Of a DNA stretch of 64,000 nucleotides, positions 55,101-64,000 are shown piece after piece (the first letter of the stretch is position 1; each line of letters opens with the position of its first letter). The notes under the pieces were generated by a model that did no database searches, had not been told where the DNA came from, and worked only from the letters and a program-made list of their open reading frames with translations. Source of the stretch: Perna viridis (Eukaryota); assembly GCA_037379345.1 (NCBI GenBank), contig CM074512.1, positions 55,015,597-55,079,596 of the forward strand, in the 5' to 3' direction. The position numbers and the translations under genes were made by a program.

Positions 55101-58100
55101 CGCAATCAGTACTGTAGAAATAAGAAATGTAGATGTAAGCGTGGGTTCAAGAGATCGGCCCTTGGGAAATGCAAGCGTAAGTTGAATTTGACTTTTTTTC
55201 ATTATTTTTTTTTCAATCTGGTTATAAATATTTACACTTTTACAAAGTTTGTTCAATTCCAAAGCCCACTCCGTGTGTTCAGTCATACTTTATCACATAA
55301 AACATGGTTAAATCTCGACTCCTTGTGTCACTTCTGTTTTCATTACGATATACTCTCCAAAAATGCCTTAAGTTATAATCATATGTTGTTCAATATGATA
55401 ACCGTATTGCGATCTTTTGACAATGATATGATAGAGTATATTTATATATGTATAAACATTGAAACATTTAAACAAGCATTGGATTTAAGCAGCATGATAA
55501 AGTTATTTGGTTAAGCAATTTTTATTTTAACAAGAAAAAAAACCTTGTTTTTGTAATGATGAAAGAAATCAGGTTTATTTTTTTTTCTTCATAGGAATAC
55601 AATCGAAATGTAACCCGAAATGTGGACGCAATGAGTACTGTAGAAATAAGAAATGTAGATGTAAGCGTGGGTTCAAGAGATCGGCCCTTGGAAAATGCAA
55701 GCGTAAGTTGAATTTGACTTTCTTTCATTATTTTGTTTCAATCTGGTTATAGATATTTACACTTTTACAACGTTTGTTGAATTCCAAAGCCCACTCCGTG
55801 TGTTCAGTCATACTTTATCACATAAAACATGGTCAAATCTCGACTCCTCGTGTCACTTCTGTTTTCATTACGATATACTCTCCAAAAATGCCTTAAGTCA
55901 TAATCATATTTTGTTCAATATGATAACCGTATTGCGATCTTTTGACAATGATATGATAGAGTACACATGGTAAATGTTTATAGTTATATTTATGTATGTA
56001 TAAACATTGAAACATTTAAACAAGCATTGGATTTAAGCAGCATGATAAAGTTATTTGGTTAAGCAATTTTTATTTTAACAAGAAAAAAACCTTGTTTTTG
56101 TAATGATAAAAGAAATCAGGTTTATTTTTTTTTCTTCATAGGAATACCATCGAAATGTAACCCTAAATGTGGACGCAATGAGTTCTGTAGAAATAAGAAA
56201 TGTAGATGTAAGCGTGGGTTCAAGAGATCGGCCCTTGGGAAATGCAAGCGTAAGTTGAATTTGACTTTTTTTCATTATTTGTTTTTCATTCTGCTTATAA
56301 ATATTTACACTTTTACAACGTTATTTCAATTCCAAAGCCCACTCCGTGTGTTCAGTCATACTTTATCATATACAACATGAGTTAAATATCGACTCCTTGT
56401 GTCACGTCTATGTTTTCATTACGACATACTCTCCAAAAGTGCCTTATTTTATAATCATATGTTGTTCAATATGATAATCATATTGCGATCTTTTGAGAGT
56501 TACATGATATATTGATTATTCAATGTGGTCGTATGTTGACCATATGTTTGTACATTAATATTAACAGTAAACATTATAACAATTATTGGATCAAATCGGC
56601 ATAGGGGGTTATTGTTTTGTAAGGAATTAACAAGAAAACATGTTGTTTCATTAGTATTGATAGAAGAAATAATGTTATTATTTTTCTTTTCTTCATAGAA
56701 ATACAATCGAAATGTAACCCGAAATGTGGACGCAATGAGTACTGTAGAAATAAGAAATGTAGATGTAAGCGTGGGTTCAAGAGATCGGCCCTTGGAAAAT
56801 GCAAGCGTAAGTCGAATTTGACATTTTTTTCATTATTTGTTTTTCAATCTGGTTATAAATATTTACACTTTTACAAAGTTTGTTCAATTCCAAAGCCCAC
56901 GCCGTGTGTTCAGTCATACTTTATCACATAAAACATGGTTAAATCTCGACTTCTCGTGTCACTTCTGTTTTCATTACGATATACTCTCCAAAAATGCCTT
57001 AAGTTATAATCATGTGTTGTTCAATATGATAACCGTATTGCGATCTTTTGACAATGATATGATAGAGTATATTTAAATGTATGTACATTGAAACATTTAA
57101 ACAAGCATTGGATTTAAGCAGCATGATAAAGTTATTTGGTTAAGCAATTTTTATTTTAACAAGAAAAAAAAACCTTGTTTTTGTAATGATGAAAGAAATC
57201 AGGTTTATTTTTTTTTTCTTCGTAGGAATACAATCGAAATGTAACCCTAAATGTGGACGCAATGAGTACTGTAGAAATAAGAAATGTAGATGTAAGCGTG
57301 GGTTCAAGAGATCGGCCCTTGGAAAATGCAAGCGTAAGTTGAATTTGACTTTCTTTCATTATTTTGTTTCAATCTGGTTATAGATATTTACACTTTTACA
57401 ACGTTTGTTGAATTCCAAAGCCCACTACGTGTGTTCAGTCATACTTTATCACATAAAACATGGTTAAATCTCGACTCCTCGTGTCACTTCTGTTTTCATT
57501 ACGATATACTCTCCAAAAATGCCTTAAGTCATAATCATATTTTGTTCAATATGATAACCGTATTGCGATCTTTTGACAATGATATGATAGAGTACACATG
57601 GTAAATGTTTATAGTTATATTTATATATGTATTAACATTGAAACATTTAAACAAGCATTGGATTTAAGCAGCATGATAAAGTTATTTTGTTAAGCAATTT
57701 TTATTTTAACAAGAAAAAAAACCTTGTTTTTGTAATGATAAAAGAAATCAGGTTTATTTTTTTTTTGTCTTCATAGGAATACCATCGAAATGTAACCCTA
57801 AATGTGGACGCAATGAGTTCTGTAGAAATAAGAAATGTAGATGTAAGCGTGGGTTCAAGAGATCGGCCCTTGGGAAATGCAAGCGTAAGTTGAATTTGAC
57901 TTTTTTTCATTATTTGTTTTTCATTCTGGTTATAAATATTTACACTTTTACAACGTTTGTTCAATTCCAAAGCCCACTCCGTGTGTTCAGTCATACTTTA
58001 TCATATACAACATGAGTTAAATATCGACTCCTTGTGTCACGTCTATGTTTTCATTACGACATACCATCCAAAAGTGCCTTATTTTATAATCATATGTTGT

Positions 58101-61100
58101 TCAATATGATAATCATATTGCGATCTTTTGAGAGTTACATGATATATTGATTATTCAATGTGGTCGTATGTTGACCATATGTTTGTACATTAATATTAAT
58201 AGTAAACATTATAACAATTATTGGATCAAATCGGCATAGGGGGTTATTGTTTTGTATGGAATGAACAAGAAAACATGTTGTTTCATTAGTATTGATAGAA
58301 GAAATAATGTTATTATTTTTCTTTTCTTCATAGAAATACAATCGAAATGTAACCCGAAATGTGGACGCAATGAGTACTGTAGAAATAAGAAATGTAGATG
58401 TAAGCGTGGGTTCAAGAGATCGGCCCTTGGAAAATGCAAGCGTAAGTCGAATTTGACATTTTTTTCATTATTTTTTTTCAATCTGGTTATAAATATTTAC
58501 ACTTTTACAAAGTTTGTTCAATTCCAAAGCCCACTCCGTGTGTTCAGTCATACTTTATCACATAAAACATGGTTAAATCTCGACTCCTTGTGTCACTTCT
58601 GTTTTCATTACGATATACTCTCCAAAAATGCCTTAAGTTATAATCATATGTTGTTCAATATGATAACCGTATTGCCATCTTTTGACAATGATATGATAGA
58701 TTACACATGGTAAATGTTTATAGTTATATTTATGTATGTATAAACATTGAAACATTTAAACAAGCATTGGATTTAAGCAGCATGATAAAGTTATTTGGTT
58801 AAGCAATTTTTATTTTAACAAGAAAAAAACCTTGTTTTTGTAATGATAAAAGAAATCAGGTTTATTATTTTTTCTTCATAGGAATACCATCGAAATGTAA
58901 CCCTAAATGTGGACGCAATGAGTTCTGTAGAAATAAGAAATGTAGATGTAAGCGTGGGTTCAAGAGATCGGCCCTTGGGAAATGCAAGCGTAAGTTGAAT
59001 TTGACTTTTTTTCATTATTTGTTTTTCATTCTGCTTATAAATATTTACACTTTTACAACGTTATTTCAATTCCAAAGCCCACTCCGTGTGTTCAGTCATA
59101 CTTTATCATATACAACATGAGTTAAATATCGACTCCTTGTGTCACGTCTATGTTTTCATTACGACATACTCTCCAAAAGTGCCTTATTTTATAATCATAT
59201 GTTGTTCAATATGATAATCATATTGCGATCTTTTGAGAGTTACATGATATATTGATTATTCAATGTGGTCGTATGTTGACCATATGTTTGTACATTAATA
59301 TTAACAGTAAACATTATAACAATTATTGGATCAAATCGGCATAGGGGGTTATTGTTTTGTAAGGAATTAACAAGAAAACATGTTGTTTCATTAGTATTGA
59401 TAGAAGAAATAATGTTATTATTTTTCTTTTCTTCATAGAAATACAATCGAAATGTAACCCGAAATGTGGACGCAATGAGTACTGTAGAAATAAGAAATGT
59501 AGATGTAAGCGTGGGTTCAAGAGATCGGCCCTTGGAAAATGCAAGCGTAAGTCGAATTTGACATTTTTTTCATTATTTGTTTTTCAATCTGGTTATAAAT
59601 ATTTACACTTTTACAAAGTTTGTTCAATTCCAAAGCCCACGCCGTGTGTTCAGTCATACTTTATCACATAAAACATGGTTAAATCTCGACTTCTCGTGTC
59701 ACTTCTGTTTTCATTACGATATACTCTCCAAAAATGCCTTATTTTATAATCATATGTTGTTCAATATGATAACCGTATTGCGATCTTTTGACAATGATAT
59801 GATAGAGTATATTTATATATGTATAAACATTGAAACATTTAAACAAGCATTGGATTTAAGCAGCATGATAAAGTTATTTGGTTAAGCAATTTTTATTTTA
59901 ACAAGAAAAAAAACCTTGTTTTTGTAATGATGAAAGAAATCAGGTTTATTTTTTTTTTCTTCGTAGGAATACAATCGAAATGTAACCCTAAATGTGGACG
60001 CAATGAGTACTGTAGAAATAAGAAATGTAGATGTAAGCGTGGGTTCAAGAGATCGGCCCTTGGAAAATGCAAGCGTAAGTTGAATTTGACTTTCTTTCAT
60101 TATTTTGTTTCAATCTGGTTATAGATATTTACACTTTTACAACGTTTGTTGAATTCCAAAGCCCACTCCGTGTGTTCAGTCATACTTTATCACATAAAAC
60201 ATGGTTAAATCTCGACTCCTCGTGTCACTTCTGTTTTCATTACGATATACTCTCCAAAAATGCCTTAAGTCATAATCATATTTTGTTCAATATGATAACC
60301 GTATTGCGATCTTTTGACAATGATATGATAGAGTACACATGGTAAATGTTTATAGTTATATTTATATATGTATTAACATTGAAACATTTAAACAAGCATT
60401 GGATTTAAGCAGCATGATAAAGTTATTTTGTTAAGCAATTTTTATTTTAACAAGAAAAAAAACCTTGTTTTTGTAATGATAAAAGAAATCAGGTTTATTT
60501 TTTTTGTCTTCATAGGAATACCATCGAAATGTAACCCTAAATGTGGACGCAATGAGTATTGTAGAAATAAGAAATGTAGATGTAAGCGTGGGTTCAAGAG
60601 ATCGGCCCTTGGGAAATGCAAGCGTAAGTTGAATTTGACTTTTTTTCATTATTTTTTTTCAATCTGGTTATAAATATTTACACTTTTACAACGTTTGTTC
60701 AATTCCAAAGCCCACTCCGTGTGTTCAGTCATACTTTATCATATACAACATGAGTTAAATATCGACTCCTCGTGTCACTTCTGTTTTCATTACGATATAC
60801 TCTCCAAAAATGCCTTAAGTTATAATCATATGTTGTTAAATATGAAAATCGTATTGCGATCTTTTGACAATGATATGATAGAGTATATTTAAATGTATGT
60901 ACATTGAAACATTTAAACAAGCATTGGATTTAAGCAGCATGATAAAGTTATTTGGTTAAGCAATTTTTATTTTAACAAGAAAAAAAAACCTTGTTTTTGT
61001 AATGATGAAAGAAATCAGGTTTATTTTTTTTTTCTTCGTAGGAATACAATCGAAATGTAACCCTAAATGTGGACGCAATGAGTACTGTAGAAATAAGAAA

Positions 61101-63890
61101 TGTAGATGTAAGCGTGGGTTCAAGAGATCGGCCCTTGGAAAATGCAAGCGTAAGTCGAATTTGACTTTCTTTCATTATTTTGTTTCAATCTGGTTATAGA
61201 TATTTACACTTTTACAACGTTTGTTGAATTCCAAAGCCCACTACGTGTGTTCAGTCATACTTTATCACATAAAACATGGTTAAATCTCGACTCCTCGTGT
61301 CACTTCTGTTTTCATTACGATATACTCTCCAAAAATGCCTTAAGTCATAATCATATTTTGTTCAATATGATAACCGTATTGCGATCTTTTGACAATGATA
61401 TGATAGAGTACACATGGTAAATGTTTATAGTTATATTTATATATGTATTAACATTGAAACATTTAAACAAGCATTGGATTTAAGCAGCATGATAAAGTTA
61501 TTTTGTTAAGCAATTTTTATTTTAACAAGAAAAAAAACCTTGTTTTTGTAATGATAAAAGAAATCAGGTTTATTTTTTTTTTGTCTTCATAGGAATACCA
61601 TCGAAATGTAACCCTAAATGTGGACGCAATGAGTATTGTAGAAATAAGAAATGTAGATGTAAGCGTGGGTTCAAGAGATCGGCCCTTGGGAAATGCAAGC
61701 GTAAGTTGAATTTGACTTTTTTTCATTATTTGTTTTTCATTCTGGTTATAAATATTTACACTTTTACAACGTTTGTTCAATTCCAAAGCCCACTCCGTGT
61801 GTTCAGTCATACTTTATCATATACAACATGAGTTAAATATCGACTCCTTGTGTCACGTCTATGTTTTCATTACGACATACCATCCAAAAGTGCCTTATTT
61901 TATAATCATATGTTGTTCAATATGATAATCATATTGCGATCTTTTGAGAGTTACATGATATATTGATTATTCAATGTGGTCGTATGTTGACCATATGTTT
62001 GTACATTAATATTAATAGTAAACATTATAACAATTATTGGATCAAATCGGCATAGGGGGTTATTGTTTTGTATGGAATGAACAAGAAAACATGTTGTTTC
62101 ATTAGTATTGATAGAAGAAATAATGTTATTATTTTTCTTTTCTTCATAGAAATACAATCGAAATGTAACCCGAAATGTGGACGCAATGAGTACTGTAGAA
62201 ATAAGAAATGTAGATGTAAGCGTGGGTTCAAGAGATCGGCCCTTGGAAAATGCAAGCGTAAGTCGAATTTGACATTTTTTTCATTATTTGTTTTTCAATC
62301 TGGTTATAAATATTTACACTTTTACAAAGTTTGTTCAATTCCAAAGCCCACGCCGTGTGTTCAGTCATACTTTATCACATAAAACATGGTTAAATCTCGA
62401 CTTCTCGTGTCACTTCTGTTTTCATTACGATATACTCTCCAAAAATGCCTTATTTTATAATCATATGTTGTTCAATATGATAACCGTATTGCGATCTTTT
62501 GACAATGATATGATAGAGTATATTTATATATGTATAAACATTGAAACATTTAAACAAGCATTGGATTTAAGCAGCATGATAAAGTTATTTGGTTAAGCAA
62601 TTTTTATTTTAACAAGAAAAAAAACCTTGTTTTTGTAATGATGAAAGAAATCAGGTTTATTTTTTTTTCTTCGTAGGAATACAATCGAAATGTAACCCTA
62701 AATGTGGACGCAATGAGTACTGTAGAAATAAGAAATGTAGATGTAAGCGTGGGTTCAAGAGATCGGCCCTTGGAAAATGCAAGCGTAAGTTGAATTTGAC
62801 TTTCTTTCATTATTTTGTTTCAATCTGGTTATAGATATTTACACTTTTACAACGTTTGTTGAATTCCAAAGCCCACTCCGTGTGTTCAGTCATACTTTAT
62901 CACATAAAACATGGTTAAATCTCGACTCCTCGTGTCACTTCTGTTTTCATTACGATATACTCTCCAAAAATGCCTTAAGTCATAATCATATTTTGTTCAA
63001 TATGATAACCGTATTGCGATCTTTTGACAATGATATGATAGAGTACACATGGTAAATGTTTATAGTTATATTTATATATGTATTAACATTGAAACATTTA
63101 AACAAGCATTGGATTTAAGCAGCATGATAAAGTTATTTTGTTAAGCAATTTTTATTTTAACAAGAAAAAAAACCTTGTTTTTGTAATGATAAAAGAAATC
63201 AGGTTTATTTTTTTTGTCTTCATAGGAATACCATCGAAATGTAACCCTAAATGTGGACGCAATGAGTATTGTAGAAATAAGAAATGTAGATGTAAGCGTG
63301 GGTTCAAGAGATCGGCCCTTGGGAAATGCAAGCGTAAGTTGAATTTGACTTTTTTTCATTATTTGTTTTTCATTCTGGTTATAAATATTTACACTTTTAC
63401 AACGTTTGTTCAATTCCAAAGCCCACTCCGTGTGTTCAGTCATACTTTATCATATACAACATGAGTTAAATATCGACTCCTTGTGTCACGTCTATGTTTT
63501 CATTACGACATACCATCCAAAAGTGCCTTATTTTATAATCATATGTTGTTCAATATGATAATCATATTGCGATCTTTTGAGAGTTACATGATATATTGAT
63601 TATTCAATGTGGTCGTATGTTGACCATATGTTTGTACATTAATATTAATAGTAAACATTATAACAATTATTGGATCAAATCGGCATAGGGGGTTATTGTT
63701 TTGTATGGAATGAACAAGAAAACATGTTGTTTCATTAGTATTGATAGAAGAAATAATGTTATTATTTTTCTTTTCTTCATAGAAATACAATCGAAATGTA
63801 ACCCGAAATGTGGACGCAATGAGTACTGTAGAAATAAGAAATGTAGATGTAAGCGTGGGTTCAAGAGATCGGCCCTTGGAAAATGCAAGC
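1032..63890 (+). CDS. Partial giant multi-exon gene (89 exons in window, ~3,985 aa): zonadhesin/FCGBP/mucin-D-domain-like protein with tandem cationic Cys-rich modules; 5' and 3' ends lie outside the window
   Basis: All exons are bounded by AG/GT and join with compatible phases and no stop: 19 A exons (159 nt), 16 B (111 nt), two 7-exon VWD blocks (1,419 nt each) and 40 J (108 nt). VWD (GDPHYVTFD...GICGDCNG), C8, TIL, EGF and antistasin motifs were recognised by eye. A single transcript is inferred, not shown. Confidence 0.85.
1875..1985 (+). CDS. Exon B (first of 16): 37-aa cationic EGF-like module KRVPCKKKCHKKARCRNGKCVCKKGYRGNGRMCTKIP
   Basis: ttgtag|AACGAG...ACCAG|gtatc, phase 1-1, with the EGF C-x-C-x2-GY-x-G-x-G-x2-C tail. 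Too short for the ORF track. Other copies start at 3214, 4552, 5891, 7229, 8567, 9905, 11244, 12582, 23052, 24388, 25724, 27060, 28396, 29732 and 31068. Confidence 0.9.
13950..14259 (+). mobile_element. Partial, diverged copy of the same retrozyme-like repeat in sense orientation (duplicate at ~32435-32717)
   Basis: Reverse-complement similarity to ~16490-16790 (ctgctggtgaga, tgcaggtggaccaaaggtc, ccttgtattgca); ribozyme core is mutated. Confidence 0.6.
14683..14787 (+). CDS. Exon C: EGF-like (SPMCGSKVCNRNANCQNGRCVCKRGFTGDGVSSCV)
   Basis: ttatag|GTCCG...CGTTG|gtatgt, 105 nt, phase 1-1, six-Cys EGF pattern. Confidence 0.9.
15076..15199. repeat. 64-bp tandem duplication in intron C-D (also ~33534-33657)
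   Basis: ctcatctattatcccacagt(g/a)aacaggaaagatctataagggcacatatttcaa occurs twice. Confidence 0.9.
15234..15478 (+). CDS. Exon D: VWD domain, N-terminal half, with GDPH motif
   Basis: tag|GTACC...ATATTT|gtaagt; encodes TCTCSATGDPHYVTFDRQLIHFMGICTYTM...; phase 1-0. Confidence 0.92.
15848..15890 (+). mobile_element. Short 3'-terminal fragment of the same Penelope-like family (duplicate at ~34306-34348)
   Basis: attaccgctataaccttggttccctttattactcttt matches 20032-20068. Confidence 0.6.
15947..16248 (+). CDS. Exon E: VWD domain, C-terminal half
   Basis: ttctag|GTAAAT...AAAAG|gtaata; contains CGFRVTWDG...PKTYSGKINGICGDCNGKKDDF; phase 0-2. Confidence 0.9.
16321..16366 (-). ncRNA. Type I hammerhead ribozyme motif, antisense to the host gene
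   Basis: Minus strand reads CUGAUGA-GAGGA cau UCCUU-GAAA-CAUGC auaca GCAUG-UC: complete catalytic core with stems II and III, but only ~2 bp of stem I. Confidence 0.7.
16321..16825 (-). mobile_element. Retrozyme-like repeat, ~1.3 monomers of ~388 nt (duplicate at ~34779-35283)
   Basis: A second, degenerate core (CUGGUGA...GAAAC) at 16725-16751 lies 388 nt from the first, with homologous flanks. Confidence 0.65.
16974..17260 (+). CDS. Exon F: C8 domain
   Basis: tttag|GTGT...TTTGTC|gtaagt; PFMPC...YKSCLFDAC...C...AEQC...KWRRADFC; phase 2-1. Confidence 0.9.
17993..18195 (+). CDS. Exon G: TIL domain
   Basis: tttcag|CTTTA...ACCCG|gtatag; CPYNMEYS...GCPATC...EGCKCKHGFVLSNDKCVRKSQCGC; phase 1-0. 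Confidence 0.92.
18608..20070 (+). mobile_element. 5'-truncated, defective Penelope-like retroelement (RT, no C-terminal GIY-YIG; possibly Naiad-type) in intron G-H
   Basis: LPSMYWIPKLHKNPYK*RF, KTYDFSILYTSIPH, QTVGIPMGTNCAPLLADLFL and FRYIDDVL motifs; one stop and two frameshifts; ORF ends at 19790, followed by a ~280-bp tail. Confidence 0.88.
20335..20524 (+). CDS. Exon H: post-TIL linker plus EGF-like module
   Basis: ttatag|CTAAAT...TAAAA|gtaagt; ...KCHKNARCVPRNGGYKCVCKKFFKGNGVDVCK; phase 0-1. Confidence 0.88.
20680..20766 (+). CDS. Exon I: antistasin-like module (RLCLKRYCPKRCPGGYKKNRYGCRTCACI)
   Basis: ttatag|GACTA...TATAG|gtaagg, 87 nt, phase 1-1; C-x4-C-x3-C-x2-GY-x2-N-x2-GC-x2-C-x-C pattern. 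Confidence 0.85.
   Translation, partial: DYALNVIVPNVAQVATKRIDMDAELVLV
21791..21858 (+). pseudogene. Decayed antistasin-like pseudo-exon (duplicate at ~40249-40316)
   Basis: CIKPYPGG*K then, after a frameshift, CKTCTCK|gtaata; compare exon I CPKRCPGGYK...CRTCAC. Confidence 0.55.
22160..31740 (+). repeat. Tandem array 2: ~1,336-bp A/B unit, 7 full units plus a terminal A
   Basis: Exon A recurs every 1,336-1,338 bp; the introns carry array-specific variants. Confidence 0.97.
33141..33245 (+). CDS. Exon C, copy 2 (EGF-like)
   Basis: Duplicate of 14683-14787; splice sites intact. Confidence 0.9.
33692..33936 (+). CDS. Exon D, copy 2 (VWD N-half, GDPH)
   Basis: Duplicate of 15234-15478 with one R>K change. 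Confidence 0.92.
34405..34706 (+). CDS. Exon E, copy 2 (VWD C-half)
   Basis: Duplicate of 15947-16248. Confidence 0.9.
34779..34824 (-). ncRNA. Hammerhead ribozyme motif, duplicated copy
   Basis: Identical to 16321-16366. Confidence 0.7.
35432..35718 (+). CDS. Exon F, copy 2 (C8)
   Basis: Duplicate of 16974-17260 with one L>H change. Confidence 0.9.
36452..36654 (+). CDS. Exon G, copy 2 (TIL)
   Basis: Duplicate of 17993-18195. Confidence 0.92.
37067..38529 (+). mobile_element. Penelope-like element, duplicated copy
   Basis: Same site and same lesions as 18608-20070. Confidence 0.88.
38794..38983 (+). CDS. Exon H, copy 2 (linker plus EGF-like)
   Basis: Duplicate of 20335-20524. Confidence 0.88.
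39139..39225 (+). CDS. Exon I, copy 2 (antistasin-like)
   Basis: Duplicate of 20680-20766. Confidence 0.85.
   Translation, partial: DYALNVIVPNVAQVATKRIDMDAELVLV
40658..40816 (+). CDS. Solitary exon A (19th copy), not followed by exon B
   Basis: Intact AG/GT; carries the same DKK variant as 22210-22368. Confidence 0.88.
42300..42407 (+). CDS. First J exon (divergent): TQRPKCIPKCGRNEYCRNKKCRCKRGFKRSALGKCK
   Basis: aatag|CACAA...CAAGC|gtaagt, 108 nt, phase 1-1. Confidence 0.85.
42994..43044 (+). pseudogene. Half J exon with intact acceptor but deleted 3' half and donor
   Basis: catag|GAATACAATCG...TGTAGAAA joined directly to intronic cattataacaagcattgg. Confidence 0.8.
43176..43283 (+). CDS. 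Exon J (first of 39 regular copies): 36-aa cationic EGF-like module (R)IQSKCNPKCGRNEYCRNKKCRCKRGFKRSALGKCK
   Basis: Poly-T tract + catag|...CAAGC|gtaagt. Other copies start at 43725, 44273, 44796, 45343, 45870, 46418, 46965, 47512, 48039, 48587, 49135, 49682, 50209, 50757, 51305, 51828, 52375, 52902, 53451, 53999, 54522, 55069, 55595, 56142, 56699, 57226, 57777, 58334, 58882, 59439, 59967, 60516, 61042, 61593, 62150, 62677, 63226 and 63783. Confidence 0.9.
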
Positions 63891-64000
63891 GTAAGTCGAA
63901 TTTGACATTTTTTTCATTATTTTTTTTCAATCTGGTTATAAATATTTACACTTTTACAAAGTTTGTTCAATTCCAAAGCCCACTCCGTGTGTTCAGTCAT

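Larger units (their letters stand above)
42300..64000 (+). repeat. Tandem array 3: mostly 523-557-bp unit (108-nt exon J plus intron), 40 exons, running off the window
   Basis: Regular exon spacing from 43176 onward; three intron length classes. Confidence 0.97.

Noticed and set aside
42217-63930. Many overlapping ORFs on both strands in array 3
   Set aside because: They are antisense shadows of exon J or intron frames whose length varies with poly-T slippage; only the 108-nt exon is length-invariant.
985-64000. CRISPR array or non-coding satellite interpretation
   Set aside because: There are no unique spacers or cas genes; the units are 0.5-1.3 kb and contain canonical spliceosomal exons.

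Overview
Eukaryotic, AT-rich DNA; the repeat content suggests a bivalve mollusc (inference). Nearly the whole window is the interior of one giant intron-rich + strand gene, with no start or stop codon in view. Reading GT/AG junctions by hand gives 89 in-frame exons (11,955 nt, about 3,985 codons) encoding an extracellular, Cys-rich, strongly cationic modular protein. The order is [A-B]x9-A - EGF-VWD-C8-TIL-EGF-antistasin - [A-B]x7-A - EGF-VWD-C8-TIL-EGF-antistasin - A - [J]x40+. A is a 53-aa six-Cys, Trp-rich module I cannot assign to a family. B (37 aa) and J (36 aa) are Lys/Arg-rich EGF-like modules. The gene grew by tandem duplication of whole exon+intron units (about 1.34 kb and 0.54 kb) and by an 18.5-kb-offset internal duplication. 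Its introns hold a 5'-truncated Penelope-like retroelement, a hammerhead-ribozyme retrozyme-like repeat in both orientations, and several decayed pseudo-exons. Most entries in the ORF track are exon read-throughs or antisense artefacts.
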